Assembly: GCA_964365185.1 (NCBI GenBank)
Contig: CAYIOP010000003.1
Location: 40,828-104,827 of the forward strand
Direction of reading: 5' to 3'
Source: an uncultured Candidatus Saccharibacteria bacterium
Lineage (GTDB): Bacteria > Patescibacteriota > Minisyncoccia > UBA6257 > 2-01-FULL-56-20
Length of the DNA: 64,000 nt
This document shows, piece after piece, positions 49,041-57,573 of the stretch. The notes beneath the pieces are model-generated. The model ran no database searches. It saw only the letters and a program-made list of their open reading frames with translations, and was not told the DNA's origin. The position numbers were made by a program, and so were the translations under genes. Position 1 is the first letter of the stretch; every line of letters starts with the position of its first letter.

Positions 49041-49403
49041 TTAGCTACCCACGCCTAAAACATCTTTAATAATAAAAACTACTCCTTTCGCCAAAAGAAT
49101 TATACCAAAACCCACAGCCGCGTATAAAATTGTTTTCCTACCCTTGCTAAATTTCTCCGGGTCTCCAGCCGCAGTCAAAATCTGAAAAGCCCCTACAATC
49201 ACCATCACCGTTGCAATCGGTGCTGAAAGCAAAATTAAACCGTTAATAATACTATTTACGCATTCCTCTAAAGTCACGCACTTTAAAGGATTGGGAATGG
49301 TGAATCCTTGCCCACCCGGCTCTCCATCTTGAGCCAACGCCACGCCAAAAAACAAAAAATTCCCTGCCAAAAATATAAAAATTCCAATCTTTAATCCCTT
49401 CAT
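49041..49403 (-). CDS. small secreted two-helix membrane protein, VirB2/TrbC-pilin-like (paralog 2)
   Basis: Signal peptide (…GVALAQ), two hydrophobic helices, and the motif LTAAGDPEKFSKGRKTILYAAVGFG. Confidence 0.4.
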   Translation of the reverse strand: MKGLKIGIFIFLAGNFLFFGVALAQDGEPGGQGFTIPNPLKCVTLEECVNSIINGLILLSAPIATVMVIVGAFQILTAAGDPEKFSKGRKTILYAAVGFGIILLAKGVVFIIKDVLGVGS

Positions 49404-49453
49404 TTTTTAAATTTTAGCATAAAGCAAAATAAATTACACTCTAAAAATTTATC

Positions 49454-50353
49454 TTACGGACATGCCTGAGACGTAAGCTCAAGATGAAGATGACCAGCAG
49501 TAGCATAGGCAGTCGGATTCCCGCCACAATTAGCATACTCATTAATCACTCTTAACCCACACGCCCGAGCATCATCAAGAATTCCACCGATCACTTCGCA
49601 ATTATTACGATCCATTTCTCTCGAAGGAGTCACGTCTATAGCGCAACCATTATAATGTTGTGGACTTTGATGCCGAGAAATAGGTGGAAAGGCCTCGGTT
49701 ACCCGAATATCCCCATAATAATTTCTTGAAAGACAATCCAAAAGAGGAATGAGGTTTGGATTAGCTTTTTTATTAGCTGTTGGTTTAAAAGTAAAGTTTT
49801 CAAAATCGATATTCACGCAATCAGGACAGTTCGCCGCCATACCACCCCCTCCACCTCCTCCGCCGCCTCCGCCGCCCGTGGTACTTGTTGTCACTGGTTG
49901 AGGTAAATATTCAAAATCTGGCACACTGCAACTAATGTTCGGCCAAGCTATCCGCGTCTCACCCTCTCCTCGATTTCCAATCAGCCATAAAAATGTGGCC
50001 ACAATCACAAACGAGAGAAGCACAATTCCGACTCCCACCGCGGTTGAGGTCAAAATTTTCTTGCCGGAATTTAACCGCTCTTCCGACCCACTAGACATCA
50101 AAATCATCCCACCACCTATAATCAGCATTATTGGCGTAATAATAACCACGAGCAAGGTTAACCCAAAACTAATCAAATTTTGAACCAACTCCACTACATC
50201 ACAAAGGTCATCACAAACCCCGCCTTGACACGCTATAAGCGGCCCCCAAAAAGGAAATTCAAATTCCGCTGCCGAGCCCACTTTTGGTTGAACCATAAAA
50301 AATAATCCCAAAACCGCTATTCCTAAAATAATAAAGATATATTTTTTGTTCAT
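49454..50353 (-). CDS. fusion protein: N-terminal pilin-like two-helix module (paralog 3), poly-Gly linker, then a Cys-rich M15-type zinc peptidase-like domain
   Basis: N-terminal part carries …GGGMILMSSGSEERLNSGKKILTSTAVGVG…; a Gly run GGGGGGGGGGGG; the C-terminus has HYNGCAIDV (HxxGxAxD) and GHLHLE (HxH), reminiscent of zinc D-Ala-D-Ala carboxypeptidase/M15 ligands, plus about 10 Cys. Confidence 0.45.
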   Translation of the reverse strand: MNKKYIFIILGIAVLGLFFMVQPKVGSAAEFEFPFWGPLIACQGGVCDDLCDVVELVQNLISFGLTLLVVIITPIMLIIGGGMILMSSGSEERLNSGKKILTSTAVGVGIVLLSFVIVATFLWLIGNRGEGETRIAWPNISCSVPDFEYLPQPVTTSTTGGGGGGGGGGGGMAANCPDCVNIDFENFTFKPTANKKANPNLIPLLDCLSRNYYGDIRVTEAFPPISRHQSPQHYNGCAIDVTPSREMDRNNCEVIGGILDDARACGLRVINEYANCGGNPTAYATAGHLHLELTSQACP

Positions 50354-50354
50354 T

Positions 50355-51653
50355 CTACTTGGCTGCTCTTAAAATCTCCGAAACCCGCGCCTCGGCTTGA
50401 ATCAAAATTTTATCCGCCGCCCGTAAGTCCAAATTTGCGTCTCTTATGGCCTCGGAGAAAATCTGATCCACTTTCTCGCCATCCACTTGCACCCATGATC
50501 TAGCAATCAGCGCCTGTCTCGCAAAAATTTCTTGCTCCGGGTCGCCAATGGCCTCGGCAATTAACGATTTCAAAGCCGCTGGCCTCTTTCCTTCTTGAAT
50601 CGAATATTGCCTCTGCAATTCTTTATTAGTTGAAACGAAAATCACAAAATCCCACGCCTGGGTTTGATAACGACTCCTTTTGGACACTCCAAAACCCAAA
50701 TACCGAGCATAACTAATAGCTTTTTCCTCATCCACTTGCGGCACTTTGGTTACGCCGATATTTAAAAAAGGATTTTTCTTTTTGATATTCTCCAAATCAC
50801 TTTTGTAACCGAAAATCATAGCGGTTTTCCCTTGACTAAAACTCACTCCCTCATCTCCTAAATTATCATTCCAAGTGAAATAAGACGAAAGTGGATTGGC
50901 AAACTGAAGATAAAAATTAAAGGCCTGAAAACCAATTCCTCGCTTGCCGTCTTTGGCAAAAGTGGCACGAGATAAATCTGGAGCAACCATCTGCGTTCCA
51001 TTTTGAAGCATTAACAACCCCAAAATATCCGCCGCTCTTTTAATCGCTCCCCCAGAGCCACCGATAGCCGCTCCCGCTCTGTCTATATTTTTCTCAAAAC
51101 CTGATTTTTTAAGCAAAGGAATAACCTGCTGAAATTCCGGCCAAGTTTTTGGCGGATAAATAATTCCCGCCTGGTCGAAAAAATCTTTGTTGTAATACAA
51201 AACTAGAGTATCTAAATAAAGCGGCAAAGCATAAATTTTCCCGGCGCTTACAAAATCCTGCTCAATCACTTGAGGAAAAAGTTCCCGTAGTTTAATCAGT
51301 CCAAAGTCCTCTCGGTTAAGCGCGGCGAGTTTAGCTTTATTTTTTAATAAAGAATGATTGTCAACTAAAAAAACATCCGGCCCCTCGCCCAAAGCCAAGG
51401 CCTCAAGCAAACGCTCGTCATAACTGGCCTCATCAATTTGTTCGTACTGTATCTCTATATTAGGTCTGGCTATCCTAAAATTATCCAAGAGTAATTTAGA
51501 AGAACGCGCCGTCTCTATACCCCAAACCTTAAGTTTAGCCGGCTGATTACCTTGCTCGTTGCCGGCAATATTCATCACAATCAAAACCACAATCAAAATC
51601 GCCAAGCTCACCCCGATCACCATCATCACTATTTGTCTTTTTGAAAAATTCAT
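50355..51653 (-). CDS. extracellular solute-binding protein (ABC transporter, SBP family 1-like)
   Basis: N-terminal transmembrane anchor and a ~400-aa periplasmic binding-protein fold (…KIYALPLYLDTLVLYYNKDFF…); no cognate permease or ATPase lies adjacent. Confidence 0.65.
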   Translation of the reverse strand: MNFSKRQIVMMVIGVSLAILIVVLIVMNIAGNEQGNQPAKLKVWGIETARSSKLLLDNFRIARPNIEIQYEQIDEASYDERLLEALALGEGPDVFLVDNHSLLKNKAKLAALNREDFGLIKLRELFPQVIEQDFVSAGKIYALPLYLDTLVLYYNKDFFDQAGIIYPPKTWPEFQQVIPLLKKSGFEKNIDRAGAAIGGSGGAIKRAADILGLLMLQNGTQMVAPDLSRATFAKDGKRGIGFQAFNFYLQFANPLSSYFTWNDNLGDEGVSFSQGKTAMIFGYKSDLENIKKKNPFLNIGVTKVPQVDEEKAISYARYLGFGVSKRSRYQTQAWDFVIFVSTNKELQRQYSIQEGKRPAALKSLIAEAIGDPEQEIFARQALIARSWVQVDGEKVDQIFSEAIRDANLDLRAADKILIQAEARVSEILRAAK

Positions 51654-51710
51654 CCCTTCTTATTTCCTTTATAATTTTTTTCTAATTTTATTGATTGAAA
51701 ATTGTTAATT

Positions 51711-51772
51711 GTCCTCCAAAAGAGGATCTCCTCCGAGGGAGGATCGGCCTTCGGGGGACGCCTCCGGCGGAG
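51711..51772. repeat. GC-rich hairpin-cluster repeat (copy 1)
   Basis: GTCCTCCAAAAGAGGATCTCCTCCGAGGGAGGATCGGCCTTCGGGGGACGCCTCCGGCGGAG, about 97% identical to 55500-55561, with diverged similarity extending for ~200 nt. Confidence 0.7.
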
Positions 51773-51899
51773 TAATTAATAATTTCTATTATATCTCTAC
51801 CGTATCTCTAATATGTCTCTTCTTGCATTCATACTTTTAGTTTTTCACTTTTCACTTTACGCCTCCTATTCCCTATCACCCATAACCTATCACCTAATT

Positions 51900-54362
51900 T
51901 TAGATGACCACCACTCCCATCAATTTATCTTCTTTACTTAAATTCATAATTCTCACTCCCTGCGCCGCCCTACCCGTCACTCTCACTCCTTTAAGCTTGG
52001 TCTTAATAATCTGCCCCTTAGCCGAGAGAGCCATAATTTCTTCTTCCTCGCTTAAAATCCTAGCCGCCACAATCTCTCCGGTTTTAGCTGTCACTTTTGC
52101 GGTCGCGATGCCGCTCCCACCCCGACTCTGAAGCCGGTATTGGCCCAAAGCTGTTTGCTTAGCAAAGCCATTCCCCATCACCACCAAAAATTTCAAACTT
52201 TTCGCTTCTTTAATCTGATTCTCATTTATTATATCAAATCCAGCCACTTCGTCGCCTTTTTTAAGGTTAATGGCTTTCACTCCCGCCGCCCCTCTGCCGA
52301 GCGGCCTAATTTCTGACTCTTTAAACCTAATTGAGCGTCCTCCACGAGTCGCTAAAATTACCTGATCCTTCCCGCCCGAAAGTTTAACCCACTGCAAACT
52401 ATCATCTTTCTTTAAAGCAATCGCGATAATTCCATTTCTCCGAATATTAGTAAAATCACCCAGCTGGGTCTTTTTAATGAGTCCGTTTTTAGTGACCATC
52501 ATCAAATACCTTAAATCGCTTTTTTCTATTTTTTTTCCGTCGATATCGGCATAACCAATAATGGCCGTAATACTCTCCTCCGCCGGCAACTCCAAAAAAT
52601 TATGAATTGCTCGGCCCTTGGATATCCGCCCCGCTTCAGGAATTTCATAAACTTTGGTTTGAAAAACTCTTCCCTTATTCGTGAAAAAAAGCAGGTTATC
52701 GTGAGTGTTCGCGTTTAAAAAATGAGTTAAGAAATCCTCCTCTGCCACTTCCGACCCGATAAGTCCTTTACCACCCCGATTTTGACTTTTAAAAACATTC
52801 GGCGACAATCTTTTAATGTAGCCGCTACCCGAAAGAGTAATCACCACCTCTTCTTGATGCACTAAATCCTCTTCTTTAAATTCTGTAATGCCTGTTGAAA
52901 CCAACTTGGTTCGCCTTTCATCTCCGTATTTTTCTTTAAGCTCCAAAACCTCGCTTTTAATAATTTTCAAAATCCTATCCGGATTTTTTAAAATCAAACC
53001 TAATTCTTTAATGATAGCTAATTTTTCTTTAAGTTCTGATTCTATCTTTTCTCGCTCTAAAGCCGCCAGCGTTTGCAGTCGCATCTCTAAAATCGCCACG
53101 GTCTGAAGCTCGCTGAATTTAAAAATTTTAATTAGATTACTCTTTGCCTCTTCCCGATCTTTTGATTTTTTAATCGTGGCGATAATTTTATCAATCACAT
53201 CAAGTGCCTTGGCCAAGCCCGTTAAAATATGCGCCCGCTCCTCGGCTTTTCTTAAATCAAACTCAGTTCTTTTTTTAACCACAATTTTCCGATAATCAAG
53301 ATAATGTCCAATGATATCTCCCACCGAAAGCAACCTCGGCTGAATGCCATCAACGAGCGCCACCATATTCAAATTAAAATTCTTTTGAAGATCGGTGTGT
53401 TTATAAAACTGATTTAAAACTTTCTGGGGCGAAGCGTCGTTTTTAAGCTCAATCACGATTCTTAACCCTTCGCGTCCGGACTCATCCCGAATGTCCCGAA
53501 TGCCTTCAATTTTTTTATCCTGCACCAAAGCCGCCATCTGTTTAATTAACTCTGACTTATTAACTTGATAAGGAATCTCAGTAATTAAAATATCGAAATT
53601 GCGGCTTTTTCGCTCTTGAATATCCGCCTTAGCCCTAGTGGTAATTGCTCCTCGGCCAGTCAAATATGCTTCCTTAATCGCTTTACTGTCGAAAATAATG
53701 CCACCCGTCGGGAAATCTGGCCCTTGGATAAATTTCAAAAAATCCTTGGATGATGCCTCCGGATTATCCGCCGCGTATAAAATTGCGTCCGCCACCTCAC
53801 TCAAGTTATGAGGTGGAATATTAGTTGCCATTCCAACCGCAATTCCAAGTCCTCCGTTTAGGAGTAAATTCGGCAGTCGCGCCGGCAAAACCCTTGGCTC
53901 TTCTCGCGTGCCATCATAATTATCCTGCCAAGCCACAGTTTCTTTTTCGATATCTAAGAGCATCTCATCGCTAATTTTCGCCAAACGGCTCTCGGTGTAA
54001 CGCATGGCCGCTGCTGAATCACCATCAATCGAACCAAAATTACCTTGGCCCTGAATTAGGGGGTATCTCATTGAAAAATCCTGGGCCATCCTAACAAGCG
54101 CGTCATAAACCGCCGTATCGCCATGAGGATGGTAGCGACCCAAAGTTTCTCCCACGATATTGGCTGATTTTCTAAGTCTCGCTTGATGAGTCACTCCCGC
54201 ATCCCACATATCCCACAAAATTCGGCGATGCACTGGTTTTAAGCCGTCCCGAACATCCGGCAGAGCCCGCCCCACAATCACCGACATCGCATAATCCAAA
54301 TAGGACTCTTGAAGTTCGGTAGTAATTTCTCTTTTTTCAATTTTTTTCTCTCCTTCACTCAT
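51900..54362 (-). CDS. gyrA: DNA gyrase subunit A
   Basis: Active-site region (…AAAMRYTE…), the GyrA box, and C-terminal beta-pinwheel repeats. Confidence 0.9.
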   Translation of the reverse strand: MSEGEKKIEKREITTELQESYLDYAMSVIVGRALPDVRDGLKPVHRRILWDMWDAGVTHQARLRKSANIVGETLGRYHPHGDTAVYDALVRMAQDFSMRYPLIQGQGNFGSIDGDSAAAMRYTESRLAKISDEMLLDIEKETVAWQDNYDGTREEPRVLPARLPNLLLNGGLGIAVGMATNIPPHNLSEVADAILYAADNPEASSKDFLKFIQGPDFPTGGIIFDSKAIKEAYLTGRGAITTRAKADIQERKSRNFDILITEIPYQVNKSELIKQMAALVQDKKIEGIRDIRDESGREGLRIVIELKNDASPQKVLNQFYKHTDLQKNFNLNMVALVDGIQPRLLSVGDIIGHYLDYRKIVVKKRTEFDLRKAEERAHILTGLAKALDVIDKIIATIKKSKDREEAKSNLIKIFKFSELQTVAILEMRLQTLAALEREKIESELKEKLAIIKELGLILKNPDRILKIIKSEVLELKEKYGDERRTKLVSTGITEFKEEDLVHQEEVVITLSGSGYIKRLSPNVFKSQNRGGKGLIGSEVAEEDFLTHFLNANTHDNLLFFTNKGRVFQTKVYEIPEAGRISKGRAIHNFLELPAEESITAIIGYADIDGKKIEKSDLRYLMMVTKNGLIKKTQLGDFTNIRRNGIIAIALKKDDSLQWVKLSGGKDQVILATRGGRSIRFKESEIRPLGRGAAGVKAINLKKGDEVAGFDIINENQIKEAKSLKFLVVMGNGFAKQTALGQYRLQSRGGSGIATAKVTAKTGEIVAARILSEEEEIMALSAKGQIIKTKLKGVRVTGRAAQGVRIMNLSKEDKLMGVVVI

Positions 54363-54381
54363 AAATTTATTTTTTACAAAA

Positions 54382-54696
54382 TTAAGGTTTAATAATATAT
54401 TCCTTAGGAGCGCTCAAAAAACCAAACCAATCCGCCGCTTTTTCTTTGAAAAATTCATAAACCGTGGCTGCTCCCGTCTTCATAGTACCCAAAAAAGAAA
54501 AATCTTTTTTAAGTTCTTGCTCAGGCGCTGGATTAATCGCAGTTTTACTTGAACTCACCACCAAAGCATTGAAATATCCGAACCAAAGAAACACTACCAC
54601 CACCATTGCTGCTAAAGAAAAAACTACTAACCAAATCCGCCTTTGATGCTCCGGCGCTGATTGTAATTTTTCTAAAATTTCTCTAAACATCGACAT
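54382..54696 (-). CDS. hypothetical small membrane protein
   Basis: 104 aa with one transmembrane helix, directly downstream of gyrA. Confidence 0.35.
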   Translation of the reverse strand: MSMFREILEKLQSAPEHQRRIWLVVFSLAAMVVVVFLWFGYFNALVVSSSKTAINPAPEQELKKDFSFLGTMKTGAATVYEFFKEKAADWFGFLSAPKEYIIKP

Positions 54697-54722
54697 AATA
54701 AGTTATCTTATCTCAAAGTATC

Positions 54723-55286
54723 TTAAGAAACCTTAAGCAAAACCACTTCATTTTTTTTATTTTCAAAATCTTTAGATTTAAAAACTAGCTTCTCTTGAAA
54801 TTTGGGCTCTTGACCCAGCAATTTCAAAAAATCCTTTGGGTCTTGATAGAAACTCGGCACCACCACATCCGGTTCAAGCTGCTTAACAACCTCTGCCGCC
54901 TCTTTAGCTGAAATTAATTCTCCTCCGCTAATCGGTAAAAAAACCATCATTCTAGAACCGTCTAAATTCTCCATCACCTCTATCGGAGGAACTTTCGTTA
55001 TCTTACCTAAAAAAACAAAATTCATCTCATCCCACTTCACTAGATAAACCGTTTTAACCAATTTTTCTGTCGTCTCCGAAAGAATTTGCCAGCCCGTAAT
55101 TTCAATTTTTTTAAACTCATATTCTCCTGGAAATCCTATCTCATCTCGAGACGGAACAAAATCGGAAGAAACGGACGTTCTTAAAACCACATCCCCTTTT
55201 AACCGATTATTCGGGGGATCAATTAACAAAGAAAGGTCGCCTGATTGCAACCTAAAACCTCCTTCGCCGTAATAATTAAGCACCAT
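54723..55286 (-). CDS. MBL-fold-like protein with degenerate metal-binding motifs (hypothetical)
   Basis: NYYGEGGFRLQSGDLSLLIDP resembles the N-terminus of UPF0173/MBL hydrolases (…LGHAGFLIE…ILIDP), but the HxHxDH site is replaced by SVSSDF. Confidence 0.3.
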   Translation of the reverse strand: MVLNYYGEGGFRLQSGDLSLLIDPPNNRLKGDVVLRTSVSSDFVPSRDEIGFPGEYEFKKIEITGWQILSETTEKLVKTVYLVKWDEMNFVFLGKITKVPPIEVMENLDGSRMMVFLPISGGELISAKEAAEVVKQLEPDVVVPSFYQDPKDFLKLLGQEPKFQEKLVFKSKDFENKKNEVVLLKVS

Positions 55287-55499
55287 GAATCAATATTTCA
55301 ATCTATTTTAGCACAAAAAAGCCGCCCTGAAAAGACCAAATTAAAATAATTAACCTAATCTCAATAGTATTCCAATCGTATCTCAATTATTTTTCTCTTA
55401 TATCTCTACTGTATTTAAATCGTATTTTTTGATAATTAGTAATTAATTATTAATTGAAAATTGCTTGCCCGCCGTAATCTTGATGAAGGCGGAGCAATT

Positions 55500-55561
55500 G
55501 TCCTCCGAAAGAGGATCTCCTCCGAGGGAGGATCGGCCTTCGGGGGACGCCTCCGGCGGAA
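55500..55561. repeat. GC-rich hairpin-cluster repeat (copy 2)
   Basis: Near-identical to 51711-51772 and preceded by an extra hairpin GCCCGCCG…CGGCGGAGC. Confidence 0.7.
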
Positions 55562-55819
55562 TAATTGATAATTTCCATTGTATTTCCACTGTATCTCTAT
55601 TGCATTTCAATTTCTTAATATTCTTGATAATTTCTAGCTTTTATTTTATTGATAATTGGTCATTGAAAATTGATAATTTCTATCGTATTTCTTCTTAATC
55701 TAAACTTTTAGCTTTTCGCTTTGCGCCTTACATTCTCTATCATCTATCACCTAAAACCTAACGCCCGTCTCTTTTATTTGACGAAAATCTTGCCCTCCCC
55801 TATAATCATTGAACTAAAT

Positions 55820-56911
55820 ATGCCCATTGCCAGCAAAAAAATAAAGCCTATTTTAAACCAGTTAACCAAAGCTGGAGTAACTAATTTTAATGGTCCCCGC
55901 GAAGGCGATATTATAGAGGGCGAACTAATCAAAAAAACTTCTCGTGAGGCCTATTTTGATTTGAACAGTTTTGGCACCGGCATTATCTACGGCGTTGAAT
56001 TTTTAAACGCCAAAAATATCCTGAAAAATTTAAAGCTGGGCGACAAACTGTCAGCTAAAATCGCCAACCTCGACAACGGCCAAGGCTATCTTGAGCTTTC
56101 TATCTCTGAAGCTGAAAAACAACAAGTTTGGCAACAAGTTAAAGAACTGCAAGAAAACGGCGAAATTATAAAAATCAAAGTTATCGGCGTAAATAGCGGC
56201 GGCTTAACCTTAAATCTTTTAAGTTTGAAGGCCTTTTTGCCTGTTTCTCAACTTTCAAACGAACACCAACCTCAAGTCATAAACGGAGAAAAAGAAAAAA
56301 TTATTGAAGAACTTAAAAAATTCATCGGCCAAGAACTAAGCGTCAAAGTTATCAACCTTAACCCCAGAAGTAATAAACTTATTGTCTCCGAAAGAGAAAC
56401 CGCCTCGAGCAATATAAAAGAACTCTTAAGCCAATATCAAATCGGCCAAGAAATCGACGGGTTAATCTCCGGCATTGCCGACTTCGGGGTCTTTGTTCGT
56501 TTCATAGACAACCCAGCCATTGAAGGCATGATTCATATCTCTGAACTCGATCACCGTTTAATCGACAACCCAAAAGAAATTGTGAAAATCAACGACACTG
56601 TTCGGGTAAAAATAATCGACCTTAAAGACAACCGGGTTTTTCTATCTCTAAAAGCTCTAAAAATCGATCCTTGGAACAAAGTTAATGAACACTATCAAAT
56701 AGGACAAATAGTTACCGGCAAAATTTATAAGCTTAATCCTTTCGGAGCTATTGTTGACTTAAACCACGAACTCCAAGGCATGATTCACGTCTCTAAATTC
56801 GGCGACATCGAAACCATGAAAAAAACCCTCGAATTAGGCAAAGAATATCAATTTAAAATCGAATCCATCTCTCCAGAAGAAAAAAGAATTATTCTTGATT
56901 TGAATCAGTAA
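55820..56911 (+). CDS. S1 RNA-binding domain protein (ribosomal protein S1-like, four S1 repeats)
   Basis: Repeated S1 motifs (GDIIEGELIK…, GQEIDGLISGIADFGVFVRF…, GQIVTGKIYKLNPFGAIVDL…). A TATAAT box at 55801-55806 lies immediately upstream of the ATG at 55820. Confidence 0.7.
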   Translation: MPIASKKIKPILNQLTKAGVTNFNGPREGDIIEGELIKKTSREAYFDLNSFGTGIIYGVEFLNAKNILKNLKLGDKLSAKIANLDNGQGYLELSISEAEKQQVWQQVKELQENGEIIKIKVIGVNSGGLTLNLLSLKAFLPVSQLSNEHQPQVINGEKEKIIEELKKFIGQELSVKVINLNPRSNKLIVSERETASSNIKELLSQYQIGQEIDGLISGIADFGVFVRFIDNPAIEGMIHISELDHRLIDNPKEIVKINDTVRVKIIDLKDNRVFLSLKALKIDPWNKVNEHYQIGQIVTGKIYKLNPFGAIVDLNHELQGMIHVSKFGDIETMKKTLELGKEYQFKIESISPEEKRIILDLNQ

Positions 56912-56969
56912 AAAATTTCAGAGGTGCTCTCTTGATTATTTAACTCGTGCCTCCTAAAATAACTGCATC

Positions 56970-57041
56970 GCCTGGGTAGCTCAGTGGAAGAGCTTTCGCC
57001 TGAAGAGCGAAGAGTCCGGTGTTCGATTCACCGCCCAGGCA
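56970..57041 (+). tRNA. tRNA-Phe (anticodon GAA)
   Basis: Acceptor GCCTGGG/CCCAGGC, D-arm GCTC-AGTGGAA-GAGC, anticodon arm TTCGC-CTGAAGA-GCGAA, T-arm CGGTG-TTCGATT-CACCG. Confidence 0.85.
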
Positions 57042-57051
57042 CATATTATTA

Positions 57052-57122
57052 CGGGCCGGAGTATGGGGGTAGTACGCCTGTTTTGGGAACAGGTAGACCG
57101 AGTTCGACTCTCGGCGGCCCGA
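57052..57122 (+). tRNA. tRNA-Pro (anticodon TGG)
   Basis: Acceptor CGGGCCG/CGGCCCG, anticodon arm CCTGT-TTTGGGA-ACAGG, T-arm CCGAG-TTCGACT-CTCGG, discriminator A. Confidence 0.65.
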
Positions 57123-57162
57123 CAACAATTTAACTTTTTATTCGCCGAGAGTCGGACTCGGA

Positions 57163-57268
57163 AAGGGGTCGGGGAAACGGAAGTTTCCCCGAGGCGAAGC
57201 TCACGAACCGCTGGGTTCGTGGGAGTCCCGCTTTGATGGGACGACGTGAGATTCTCGGCGGCCCGACA
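57163..57268 (+). ncRNA. candidate structured small RNA ('element B'), homologous to element A at 15290-15430 and embedded between tRNA-Pro and a duplicate of its 3' end
   Basis: GGGGTCGGGG + hairpin CGGGGAAAC-ggaa-GTTTCCCCG, a 10-bp hairpin CTCACGAACC/GGTTCGTGGGAG, GTCCC-gctttgat-GGGAC, then GACGTGAGATTC and CTCGGCGGCCCGACAA, which is identical to the last 16 nt of tRNA-Pro plus AA. A terminator follows at 57277-57307. Confidence 0.35.
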
Positions 57269-57276
57269 AAAATAAT

Positions 57277-57307
57277 AGCAGACGAAACTGGGAATTTCGT
57301 CTGCTTT
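57277..57307 (+). terminator. rho-independent terminator after the tRNA-Phe/tRNA-Pro/element B unit
   Basis: 11-bp stem AGCAGACGAAA / TTTCGTCTGCT with loop CTGGGAA, followed by TTGAAAT. Confidence 0.5.
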
Positions 57308-57490
57308 GAAATGAACACAAGATCTAACAAATTGGTTGTTAGGAGTTGTGTTCGCGCCCGGTCTTAAGGGCGCGGTAATTCAGTAAAAGGTGGGTAGAAA
57401 AAGTTCAAATACCCCGCTAATTTAATCATAAATCTAACCCAAAAATTGCCAAATCCAAGTTATCCACCTAATATATAAAAAAGTAAAAGC

Positions 57491-57562
57491 GGGCACTTAG
57501 CTCAGTGGTAGAGCGACTGTTTTACACACAGTAGGTCGGGGGTTCAATCCCTCCAGTGCCCA
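57491..57562 (+). tRNA. tRNA-Val (anticodon TAC)
   Basis: Acceptor GGGCACT/AGTGCCC, D-arm GCTC-AGTGGTA-GAGC, anticodon arm ACTGT-TTTACAC-ACAGT, T-arm GGGGG-TTCAATC-CCTCC. Confidence 0.8.
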
Positions 57563-57573
57563 CAATTCACCCC

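Noticed and set aside
56940-57330. Two minus-strand ORFs (62 and 66 aa) in the track
   Set aside because: They are antisense to tRNA-Phe, tRNA-Pro and element B, and I regard them as translation artefacts of structured RNA.
57353-57374. GC hairpin CGCGCCC-ggtcttaa-GGGCGCG as a terminator
   Set aside because: It has no U-tract on either strand. It may belong to the tRNA-Val promoter region or be a structural element, and I could not support it as a terminator.
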